Part shown: positions 56,354 through 64,000 of the stretch, piece after piece
How positions within the stretch are numbered: the stretch's first letter is position 1
Layout of the letters: the number at the start of each line of letters is the position of its first letter
NCBI GenBank assembly: GCA_963716725.1
Contig: CAVQUB010000003.1
Coordinates: 64,001-128,000 of the forward strand
From: an uncultured delta proteobacterium
GTDB lineage: Bacteria > Myxococcota_A > Polyangia > Polyangiales > Polyangiaceae
DNA: 64,000 nucleotides
Direction of reading: 5' to 3'
Made by a program: the position numbers and the translations under genes
The notes under the pieces: generated by a model
The model's input: only the letters and a program-made list of their open reading frames with translations
What the model was told of the DNA's origin: nothing
Database searches by the model: none

Positions 56354-58066
56354 TCAGTGCTTCGCGTCGGGTTCGAAGACCCGGGTAAACACGTCCCGCT
56401 GAGCTTTGGTGCCCATCAATACCAGCTGTGCGTCGGCATCGAGGGTGCTGTCCGGCTTCGCCAACGAGAGCGGCTCACCCGCGTGGCGGATCCCGATCAC
56501 GCTGAGGCCGGTCTTCGCGCCAATTTCGCTGTTGTCCAGCGACCGGCCTCGCAACGACCGCGGCACGCTCACCATGAAGGTGTCCACCTCTTCGCCGATG
56601 ATGGCGAGCTCGCGCTTCTCGATCACGCTGAGCACGCGCTTTGCGCCCAGGGAGCTCTGCGACAGGGCAAAGTTGGCTCCCGCCCGATGGATCGCCTCGA
56701 TGTTCCGTTCATGGGTCACGCGGCTGACGATGTGACAGTGCGGGTTGAGCCTGCGGCAATAGATGGCGAGATAGATGTTCACCGCGTCGTCGTGAGTCGT
56801 CAGCACGACCGAGGGCGCATTCTCGATGCCCGCGTCGCGCATGACCTGCAGGTTGGCCGCGTCGCCGATGATGACCTTCGAGGTCAGCGCCTCCAACTTC
56901 ACCCGCAGCTTCTCCTCGGCCTCGATGACCTGCGTGGACACCTGCTTCGCCGCCAGCGCCCGAAGCGCGGCCCGCCCCACCTTGCCGCCCCCAATCACCA
57001 ACACGGGCGCGTCGTTCGGTGCGTAGATCACGAACATGGCGTTCAGCCCCGACACCTGCTCTTCGGTGCCGACGACGACGGGAACGGAGTCCTCGGACAG
57101 AAGCGTGTCGGCTTGCGCGGGCAGCAAGCGCCCCCGCTCCCAGACGCCGACGACACTCAGACCAGTGGCCTCTCGCAGGTTCGATTCTCGGAGCGTTCGG
57201 CCGACCAACTGCGTGCCACGGACGGGGAACTCCGCGAGCACGAGGTCCTCGACGTGCCCGATGGGATGCGCGCAGACGTTGCCTGCGTAGACGCGATTGG
57301 CCAACTGCTCGCCCAGCTCGTTTTTCAGGGCAACGACGCTCTGGGCGCCGCTGAGCTCCAAGATGTCGACCGAGTCCAGGTTCTCGACGAGGGCCACCAC
57401 CGGTACGCTGGGCGCGTGCTCGCGCACGGTGAGCACGATGTTGGTGTTCGCCGCGTCATCCAAGTTTGCCACGACTACCGCGGCCGCCTCGGCCCGGGAG
57501 GCGCGCCAGGTTTCGACCGCGGCGGGCTCACCCACGATGACGCTGAGGCCGTCGGTGTGATGCACGATGGCCAGTGCCGGGTCCGGCTCCAAGAGCACGT
57601 AGGGGATGCGCAGGCTGCTCAGTCGAGCGATCAGCGCCTGGGCCAAGGCGTCGTGGCGACAGATGATCACGTGTCCCTGCAAGCCCGCCGCGACGCTGCG
57701 AGGCGCGCGCAGCTTGAGCTGGGCCTCCAGCCACGGTGCGTAGAAGAAACGGATGAAGGCGAAGGGCAGGACGATGAGCAAGAGCAGGATGCCCGTCAGC
57801 AGCACGACCAGGCTGAAGATGCGCCCGATGTCGCTGTGGAAGGTGATGTCCCCGAAGCCCAGGGTGCTCATCACCGTCAGCGTCCAGTACACGCCCGTGA
57901 GCCACGAGTGGTTCTGGCCCTCGTAGAGCATCAACATGTGGAAGACGACGCTGTAGACCGCGATCGCCGCCGCGAGCACGCCCAGCACTTTCAACAATGC
58001 GCCGATGTTGCGTCGCATCTCGCGCTGCTGGAACGCCGCCACGAGCTGCGAGGTCAGGAACTTCAT
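56354..58066 (-). CDS. Potassium channel with TrkA-N/TrkA-C (RCK) domains
   Basis: TVMSTLGFGD filter; GGGKVG; GDAA; tandem RCK domains. Confidence 0.9.
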   Translation of the reverse strand: MKFLTSQLVAAFQQREMRRNIGALLKVLGVLAAAIAVYSVVFHMLMLYEGQNHSWLTGVYWTLTVMSTLGFGDITFHSDIGRIFSLVVLLTGILLLLIVLPFAFIRFFYAPWLEAQLKLRAPRSVAAGLQGHVIICRHDALAQALIARLSSLRIPYVLLEPDPALAIVHHTDGLSVIVGEPAAVETWRASRAEAAAVVVANLDDAANTNIVLTVREHAPSVPVVALVENLDSVDILELSGAQSVVALKNELGEQLANRVYAGNVCAHPIGHVEDLVLAEFPVRGTQLVGRTLRESNLREATGLSVVGVWERGRLLPAQADTLLSEDSVPVVVGTEEQVSGLNAMFVIYAPNDAPVLVIGGGKVGRAALRALAAKQVSTQVIEAEEKLRVKLEALTSKVIIGDAANLQVMRDAGIENAPSVVLTTHDDAVNIYLAIYCRRLNPHCHIVSRVTHERNIEAIHRAGANFALSQSSLGAKRVLSVIEKRELAIIGEEVDTFMVSVPRSLRGRSLDNSEIGAKTGLSVIGIRHAGEPLSLAKPDSTLDADAQLVLMGTKAQRDVFTRVFEPDAKH

Positions 58067-58118
58067 GCTTCTCCCCAGAACCTAGCGCAATCCAGACCGG
58101 CACGAGCGGGACCGCGCC

Positions 58119-58565
58119 TCAAGGCGGCGTCCAGCCGCCCTTCGCGAGCGCGGCCAGCACCACCGCGCTCACGTAGCACGCGAGCCCCACCGCGATCAGC
58201 ACAGCGCCGCGTTGCAAGGAGCTCTGCAAGAGGTTGCGTCGCGCGATCACTCGCTTGCTCAGCTCGAGGTTGCCGTCGCCGAGATCCATGCTGACCCAGC
58301 GCACGTTCGAGAGACACCTGAGCGTGATGACGATGGCGACCATGATGAACGCGATGCCGACCACCATCGCCACCGCTGAGAGCGGGCCGGCGTTGACCAT
58401 GTTGTGCCCGGCAAATCCGGTCACGCTGATGCAGATGCCTGCGATGCCGAGGAAGGTCTGCGCCTGCGTCCGCAGGACCGCGAGTTGCCCGGACAGAAAG
58501 GACACCAGATCTGCCGTCCGCTCGAAGGCGGCGGTCACTTCCTCTGCTTCGCGAGCTTCCGCCAT
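58119..58565 (-). CDS. Small membrane protein
   Basis: Three to four hydrophobic helices. Confidence 0.65.
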   Translation of the reverse strand: MAEAREAEEVTAAFERTADLVSFLSGQLAVLRTQAQTFLGIAGICISVTGFAGHNMVNAGPLSAVAMVVGIAFIMVAIVITLRCLSNVRWVSMDLGDGNLELSKRVIARRNLLQSSLQRGAVLIAVGLACYVSAVVLAALAKGGWTPP

Positions 58566-58647
58566 GATCCCGGCGGGTAGCAGATGCCCCAGGAGACGGC
58601 CAAGTTGGCTTGCGGAAGTCCAGCCACCCTGCGACCCTGAACCGGCG

Positions 58648-60273
58648 ATGTACGTGTGTCCGAGCTGCGGCTTGCCCGGCGATGCGCCGGGGTTTTGCAC
58701 CGAAGACGGGGCCTCCCTGGTCTTCGCGGACGATCCCCTGCTCGGGCAGACCGTGGGCAGCTATCGCATCGCGCGCTTGATCGGCCAAGGCGGCATGGGA
58801 GCGGTCTACCTCGGGGTGCAGCCCAGCATCGGCAGCCGCGTCGCCATCAAGGTGTTGTCGCAATCCGCGAGCTCGACTTTGGGCATGGTGGAGCGCTTCT
58901 TCGCAGAGGCCCGCGCCGCCAACCGGATCCGCCACGAGAGCATCGTGAACGTCCTCGACCTGGCGCTCCTACCGGACCAACGTCCCTACATCGTGATGGA
59001 GTGCCTCGAGGGCGCCCCGCTCACCAGCCACTTTGCCGCGCACCGGCCCTTCCCCCTGGGCTCTCTGGTGCGGATCGCCCTCGAAACCCTCAGCGCCCTC
59101 GAAGCCGCGCACTCCCACGGCATCACGCATCGAGATCTCAAGCCGGACAACTTGTTCGTGACCACCCTTGGGCGAGTGAAGGTCCTCGACTTCGGCATCG
59201 CCAAGCTGCGCCCGGAGCTCGGTGGCCAAAGCGACGCCACTCGCACCGGCGCGCTCCTGGGCACGCCGCAGTACATGTCGCCGGAGCAGGCGCTGGGACA
59301 GACGGCGGACGCCCGCGCCGATCTCTATTCGCTCGGCGTCGTGCTGTACGAAGGCGCTGCCGGCCAACGCCCATTTCTAGCCGACTCGCTCTTCGAGTTG
59401 CTACGGCAACACATCGAAGCGAGCCCGGCGAGACCCTCGACGCTTCGTCACGACCTGCCGCCCGCCCTCGAGCACGTGATCTTGCGGGCGATGGAGAAGG
59501 ACCGGAACCACCGCTTTCAGTCCGCCACCGAGATGGCCGAAGCGCTCACGGCATTGCTGCCGTCGTTGCCGGACGCGGGAGTGACGGCGAAAGCCCTGCC
59601 GCGCGTCGGCCCACCCACACCCGTCCAGCTTGCGCCAACGGCCGCGCAGAGCGGGGTAGGTTCGCGCACGAGCGTCGGCGGCACCTCGCTCGCCCCGGCG
59701 AGGAAGCGTTCGTCACCGGTGGGCTTGATCGTGGGTATCATGGGCGCGCTGATCGCGCTCGCGGCCGTCGCGTCAGCCATCATCGTCTACTTGGTCGCCG
59801 ATCGAGACTCGGTCAACGTCAACTTCGACGGCACGGGCCCCACGGGCTCCGTCGGCGGGGCGCCCTTCCCAGACCTCGACGCGGCGCGGGTCGCCGCCCG
59901 CAAACACTTCCCAGACGCCGAGCTCGTGTCGATCTCGATGCTGGGAGTACAGGCCGACGGGAGCGTCTCGCTGACCAAGCCCACGCACGTCATCAGCTTC
60001 GTTTTTCGCTCGCCGTCCGCCTCGAAGGCCAGCAAGACCTGCGTCGTGTCCGTGAGCACCACCATGTACGGGACCTTCGCCGCGCCCTTCGAAGACGCCA
60101 CCTACAACTGCCAGCAGCCGACCATCCCGGCACCTCGTTGTTCGGTGGCTGCGATCATGAAGAAGGCCTCCCCCGGGGTGAAGCAGCTGGCCTTCGGACA
60201 CTTGCCGACTCCGTGGACCTGGTCGCTCATCGGTGGGCCCGACGGCGTGAAGTCCGTCCCCGACGACTGCTGA
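58648..60273 (+). CDS. Membrane Ser/Thr kinase with an N-terminal Zn ribbon
   Basis: CPSC..FCTEDG, IGQGGMGAVY, HRDLKPDN, DFGIAK, GTPQYMSPE; TM. Confidence 0.92.
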   Translation: MYVCPSCGLPGDAPGFCTEDGASLVFADDPLLGQTVGSYRIARLIGQGGMGAVYLGVQPSIGSRVAIKVLSQSASSTLGMVERFFAEARAANRIRHESIVNVLDLALLPDQRPYIVMECLEGAPLTSHFAAHRPFPLGSLVRIALETLSALEAAHSHGITHRDLKPDNLFVTTLGRVKVLDFGIAKLRPELGGQSDATRTGALLGTPQYMSPEQALGQTADARADLYSLGVVLYEGAAGQRPFLADSLFELLRQHIEASPARPSTLRHDLPPALEHVILRAMEKDRNHRFQSATEMAEALTALLPSLPDAGVTAKALPRVGPPTPVQLAPTAAQSGVGSRTSVGGTSLAPARKRSSPVGLIVGIMGALIALAAVASAIIVYLVADRDSVNVNFDGTGPTGSVGGAPFPDLDAARVAARKHFPDAELVSISMLGVQADGSVSLTKPTHVISFVFRSPSASKASKTCVVSVSTTMYGTFAAPFEDATYNCQQPTIPAPRCSVAAIMKKASPGVKQLAFGHLPTPWTWSLIGGPDGVKSVPDDC

Positions 60274-60339
60274 AATCCCGAGTTGACCGTCGTCATGTCG
60301 ACCCGCGCCGGCGCGTGGGACCCTCCGGGTCGAGGCATC

Positions 60340-60762
60340 ATGGATTCCTTCAGCGTATGCGAGTCGTGCCATCGGCACATCAAGGCGACCGAAACAGCGT
60401 GTCCGTTCTGTCGCTCGTCCAAGAGCCGCATCGGCGTGACCGCCGCGCTCGTGGTGGGCGTCGGGCTCTCACTCGCCGCATGCGGTGGTGATGGCGACGG
60501 CGGAGGCAGTGGTGGCACCGGCGGCGCGGCGACGGGCGGCAGCGGTGGCACCGGTGGCACCGCGACCGGTGGCGCAGCTGGGAGCGGCGGCGCGGCAGGC
60601 AGCAACACCGGCGGCCAGGGCGGCATCGCACCGGCCTACGGACCTCCTCCGATGGGCGGCGCGGCCGGCACGGCGGGATCGGGCGGCTCGGCAGGCAGCA
60701 ACACCGGCGGCCAGGGCGGCGCAATGCCAGCGTATGGTCCACCGCCGTCCGACGCGGGCTGA
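60340..60762 (+). CDS. Zn-ribbon/lipobox Gly-rich protein with 2 AYGPPP motifs
   Basis: CESCHRHIK..CPFC, LSLAACGG, IAPAYGPPP, AMPAYGPPP. Confidence 0.85.
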   Translation: MDSFSVCESCHRHIKATETACPFCRSSKSRIGVTAALVVGVGLSLAACGGDGDGGGSGGTGGAATGGSGGTGGTATGGAAGSGGAAGSNTGGQGGIAPAYGPPPMGGAAGTAGSGGSAGSNTGGQGGAMPAYGPPPSDAG

Positions 60763-60764
60763 AG

Positions 60765-61124
60765 GTGAACTCGTACGTCGTCTGTGAGTCGTGTCGGCGA
60801 CACGTGAAATCGGATTCGAGTGCGTGTCCGTTTTGTCACGCGGGCAAGCGCCATTCGGCGGCGGCAACCGCGGTGATCGTGGGCGTCGGACTGTCGCTCT
60901 CGGCCTGCGGGGGTCCGAACTCCGGCATGCCCGCGCCCGTTTACGGGCCACCGGCCCACACTGAGCAAGGCGGCGGGCCGGCGACGGTCTACGGCCCACC
61001 TCCCGTGGACGAGCACTCCGGCGATCATCACGGCGAAATCGCGGGCGAAGATGCCCTAGTGGACAGAGACGCGGGCCCGTTGGCGGTCCCCGCCTACGCG
61101 CCTCCACCGCCTCACCCGCACTGA
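60765..61124 (+). CDS. Zn-ribbon/lipobox protein with 2 VYGPP and 1 AYAPPP motifs
   Basis: CESCRRHVK..CPFC, LSLSACGG. Confidence 0.85.
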   Translation: MNSYVVCESCRRHVKSDSSACPFCHAGKRHSAAATAVIVGVGLSLSACGGPNSGMPAPVYGPPAHTEQGGGPATVYGPPPVDEHSGDHHGEIAGEDALVDRDAGPLAVPAYAPPPPHPH

Positions 61125-61193
61125 ACCGCGCTCCGCTGTCGCGTTGACATCCATCATCTCGCTGACTGCGCGGGCGTGGAAGACTTCCGACCC

Positions 61194-61643
61194 ATGGAGT
61201 CGTTCTTCGTCTGCGAATCGTGCCGTCGGCACGTGAAGGCCGCCGAGAGCAGCTGTCCATTCTGTCGCACCTCGCGCAGTCGCATGGGCGTCACCGCCGC
61301 TCTCGTGGTCGGCGTCGGTCTCTCGCTGGCCGCGTGCGGCGGCGACACGGATCGTGATGGCGGCGGCGGCACCGGCGGAGCTGCCAGCGGCGGCACGGGC
61401 GGCAGCGGTGGCGGAGTCGCCGGCAGCGGCGGCGCGTCGAGCGGTGGCACCGGCGGCGACGCTGGCAGTGGAGGCATGGTCTCGCTCTACGGCCCACCGC
61501 CGGTGGGCGGCGCGGCCGGCACTGGCGGCGCTGCGGGCTCCGCGGGGTCGGGCGGCGCGGCCGGCACTGGCGGCGCTGCGACGGGCGGCAGCGGCGGCGG
61601 TGCTCCGCTCTACGGTCCGCCTCCGCCTCCTCCTGACAAGTGA
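61194..61643 (+). CDS. Zn-ribbon/lipobox Gly-rich protein with 2 LYGPPP motifs
   Basis: CESCRRHVK..CPFC, LSLAACGG, MVSLYGPPP, GAPLYGPPP. Confidence 0.85.
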   Translation: MESFFVCESCRRHVKAAESSCPFCRTSRSRMGVTAALVVGVGLSLAACGGDTDRDGGGGTGGAASGGTGGSGGGVAGSGGASSGGTGGDAGSGGMVSLYGPPPVGGAAGTGGAAGSAGSGGAAGTGGAATGGSGGGAPLYGPPPPPPDK

Positions 61644-61924
61644 TCCCGGCGACGCGCCGGCTTCCAGGGACGTGAACGCTCGCGCTCGCCGGCGCTGAAC
61701 GGCGGTTGCTGCGCCGGTCGCTCGCGTCCGCGTTCCGCGATACGTTCGGCGCGACGACGTGACGTTGATCGCCCGGGACCCGCGGGGTGAGATTTGGGCT
61801 CTGCGCATGCAGTTCGAACGCGGAGATGATCCCACGTTGGATGCGAATCCCATCGTGCGCGTGCGCCGAGCCAAGCGCGATTGAGTTCCGACAACGCCGA
61901 TTGGCGCCCTCGCCGCAGCCCACC

Positions 61925-62071
61925 TCAGGGAGTGCCGGCGCGCTCGGGCCACAGCGCAGAGAGAGTCAGCTCGATGGCGTCGAAGGGCTCGAGCCGGACC
62001 ACGTCCGCTTCCCCGTGCACGGCCGCGAGGCGGTAGCTGTCGGCGTCCAGGCGAAACACCTCCACGCTTTG
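61925..62071 (-). pseudogene. Second Uma2 (DUF820) C-terminal remnant
   Basis: Manual translation QSVEVFRLDADSYRLAAVHGEADVVRLEPFDAIELTLSALWP, similar to 26976-27149. Confidence 0.7.
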
Positions 62072-62132
62072 TGGCGGGGTTCGCGGCCATGGCCCAGGGC
62101 GAATGTAGCATCAGATCGCCCACCTCACGCGA

Positions 62133-63527
62133 TCAGCGCGGCAGCTGGTTCCACTGCCGCGAACGCTCGCGCCACGGCATTGCCTCTTCGAGCTGCCGTG
62201 ACAGGCGCAGCACCACGTCGTCGCGGCCCTGGCGGCCGACGATCTGAACGCCGTAGGGCAGCCGGGAGTCGGAGACGCCCGCCGGGATGCTGGCCGCCGG
62301 TTGTCCGGTCACGTTGAAGGGCGCGGTGAAGCTGCCGAGCGCTGAGATCGCGATGAAGGCCGCCTCGGGTTCGAGCCCGGCAAACGCGCCGACCTTGGGC
62401 GCGTACTGACCCACGGTCGGCGTCAGCAGCACGTCCGCGTCGCCGTGAAACTCGAGCACGCGCTGCAACAACACCTGCTTCAAGCGCTGGGTCTCGGCGT
62501 GGTCGAGCCCGCGCCCCACCTGGCGCAACCAACGGGTCACGGGCTGCAGCACGCTCTCGCTGATGGACGGCACGTTGGCCAACATGCGTTGCCAGAGCGG
62601 AAGGAAGTCCTCGAGTCGGCCTTGCACCATCGGCACTTGCTCCACGCGATGTCCGAAGCCCTCGAGAATGTGCGCTGCGCTCTCGACGGCCGCCGCGATC
62701 TCCGGCTCCACGTGCCCTATCATGGCTTCGGTGCAGAAACGGATCTTCAGTGAGCGCAAGGTCGGCAAGGCCTGCTGGGTGAGGCAGCTGTCTTGCGCAT
62801 AGTGCCTGTGCGTCATGGGGTGACCGCGCATCACGTCCAGCATGGCCGCCGCGTCTGCCACGTCGTGCGTGAGGGGTCCCATGGTGGACAGCGCCAAGGT
62901 GTTCACGCGCCCGTGCAGATTGCCGAGCAGGCTGTGGGTGGGCTTGAAGCCGTAGAGGTGACAGAACGCTGCGGGGATGCGCACCGAGCCGCCGCCGTCG
63001 GAGCCGTGCGCCAGCGGAACGAGCTCCGCGGCCACCGCCGCACCGGAGCCGCCGCTGGAACCGCCAGGGGTGTGCTCGGGGTTCCACGGATTGCGCGTCG
63101 GAGCGTGGATCAAGGGCTCGGTGACGGGCAGCGCGCCAAACTCGGAGGTGGCCGTCTTGCCCAGGACCACGAAGCCGCCGCGCTTGAGCAACTTGGTCAC
63201 CGGTGCGTCGATGGGAGCGCGAAAGTAGCGGAACGCGCGCGAGCCCAGCTGAGTGCGCGTCCCGCGCATGAGCGCCAGGTCTTTGAGCCCGAGGGGAACG
63301 CCGTGGAAGATCGGTAGCTCGTCCGCCGGAGTCGAGCGGCTCTTCTGGTCCTTGCCGCGTGCGGCTCGCAGCGCGCTCGCCTCGAGCACACTCACGAACG
63401 CGCTGTACTTGCCGTCGAGCTGCTCGATGCGCGAGAGGTAGAAGCGGCAGGCTTCTTCGCTGGAGATCTCGCGCTGCCGAATCGCGGCGGCGAGCTCCAG
63501 GGCGGTCATCTTCAATAGCTCGTGCAT
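62133..63527 (-). CDS. Amidase signature family protein
   Basis: HGVPLGLKDL, GKT.TSEF, TPGGSSGGSGAAVAA, GSDGGGSVRIPA, FNVTGQPA. Confidence 0.95.
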   Translation of the reverse strand: MHELLKMTALELAAAIRQREISSEEACRFYLSRIEQLDGKYSAFVSVLEASALRAARGKDQKSRSTPADELPIFHGVPLGLKDLALMRGTRTQLGSRAFRYFRAPIDAPVTKLLKRGGFVVLGKTATSEFGALPVTEPLIHAPTRNPWNPEHTPGGSSGGSGAAVAAELVPLAHGSDGGGSVRIPAAFCHLYGFKPTHSLLGNLHGRVNTLALSTMGPLTHDVADAAAMLDVMRGHPMTHRHYAQDSCLTQQALPTLRSLKIRFCTEAMIGHVEPEIAAAVESAAHILEGFGHRVEQVPMVQGRLEDFLPLWQRMLANVPSISESVLQPVTRWLRQVGRGLDHAETQRLKQVLLQRVLEFHGDADVLLTPTVGQYAPKVGAFAGLEPEAAFIAISALGSFTAPFNVTGQPAASIPAGVSDSRLPYGVQIVGRQGRDDVVLRLSRQLEEAMPWRERSRQWNQLPR

Positions 63528-63575
63528 TGCGCGTCGCTCTAGCTCGAAGTCGAGCGGGATGCGAGACTCGGCCCC

Positions 63576-64000
63576 ATGAAAGACGGCCTGGGTCCAGCAG
63601 CCGTGCGTCGCCTGGCGGGCGCGCTCCGGAGGTCCGACCCGAGCTTCGACGAGGCCGCCTTCGTGCGCGATGCCTGTCGCGGCCTTGCCCAGCTCGAGCT
63701 CAAAGCGCGCGTGCAGCACGTGATCGATTCTCTCGAGCGCCATCTGTCCGAGAATTTTCCGCGCGCGCTCGAGATCGTGGTGGGCGCGGGCGAGCACCGG
63801 GACAGCGGTGACGCCGACGACCCGCTGCGCGGCTTTGCTTGGTGGCCGCTGATCGACTGGGTCGCGCAAGCAGGCCTGCACGACTTCGATCGTTCCATGG
63901 CCGCGTTGCGCCGGCTGACCGGGTTGTTCTCGGCGGAGTTCGCCGTGCGCCCCTTCCTGGAGCGCTACCCAAAGCGGTCCCTCACGCTGTTGAAGCGCTG
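63576..64000 (+). CDS. alkC: AlkC-like DNA alkylation repair glycosylase (partial; not in the ORF track)
   Basis: Manual translation MKDGLG..FDEAAF..LELKAR..WP..LT..FSAEFAVRPFL. Confidence 0.8.
   Translation, partial: MKDGLGPAAVRRLAGALRRSDPSFDEAAFVRDACRGLAQLELKARVQHVIDSLERHLSENFPRALEIVVGAGEHRDSGDADDPLRGFAWWPLIDWVAQAGLHDFDRSMAALRRLTGLFSAEFAVRPFLERYPKRSLTLLKR

Noticed and set aside
61660..61920. Possible small gene or RNA after the XYG cluster
   Set aside because: No convincing start, motif or stable structure recognised.

Overview
Very GC-rich chromosomal segment from a myxobacterium, probably Polyangiaceae/Sorangiineae-like. This is inferred from a MYXO-CTERM tail, many Gly/Cys-rich lipoproteins, three Hanks-type Ser/Thr kinases and sigma54 promoters. 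Scattered single-base frameshifts, densest in prkA, suggest an error-prone consensus such as a long-read or metagenome assembly. Backbone genes: msrB, prkA, ppk1, an fsr-type MFS transporter, a Moco cluster (moeA, mobA, moaE, a NarM-like/moaC fusion, moaA), bactofilin, a GT-C/ArnT-like glycosyltransferase, heptose genes (gmhA-like, epimerase, hddC-like, hddA-like), a TrkA-type K+ channel, an amidase and alkC. Most notable observations: (1) an unannotated ~160-nt sigma54-driven sRNA with three hairpins, two U-C8 loops and a U9 terminator, architecturally like Pxr (46257-46418); (2) three tandem Zn-ribbon/lipobox proteins carrying repeated XYG-PPP motifs, candidate radical-SAM splicease substrates (60340-61643); (3) two diverged copies of a secreted sphingomyelinase-like (EEP) cassette, each with a (CACG)n microsatellite right after the start codon, a likely phase-variation switch, with copy 2 inside a 5.5-kb island bounded by an 83-bp duplication of the moaA 3' end; (4) an IS630 inserted in the ppk1 stop codon that carries an inverted-repeat-bounded GxxExxY nuclease gene; (5) a shared TTGAC-N4-RTCAT box upstream of both the EEP cassettes and the XYG genes. 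No database searches were possible. Family calls come from motif recognition only.
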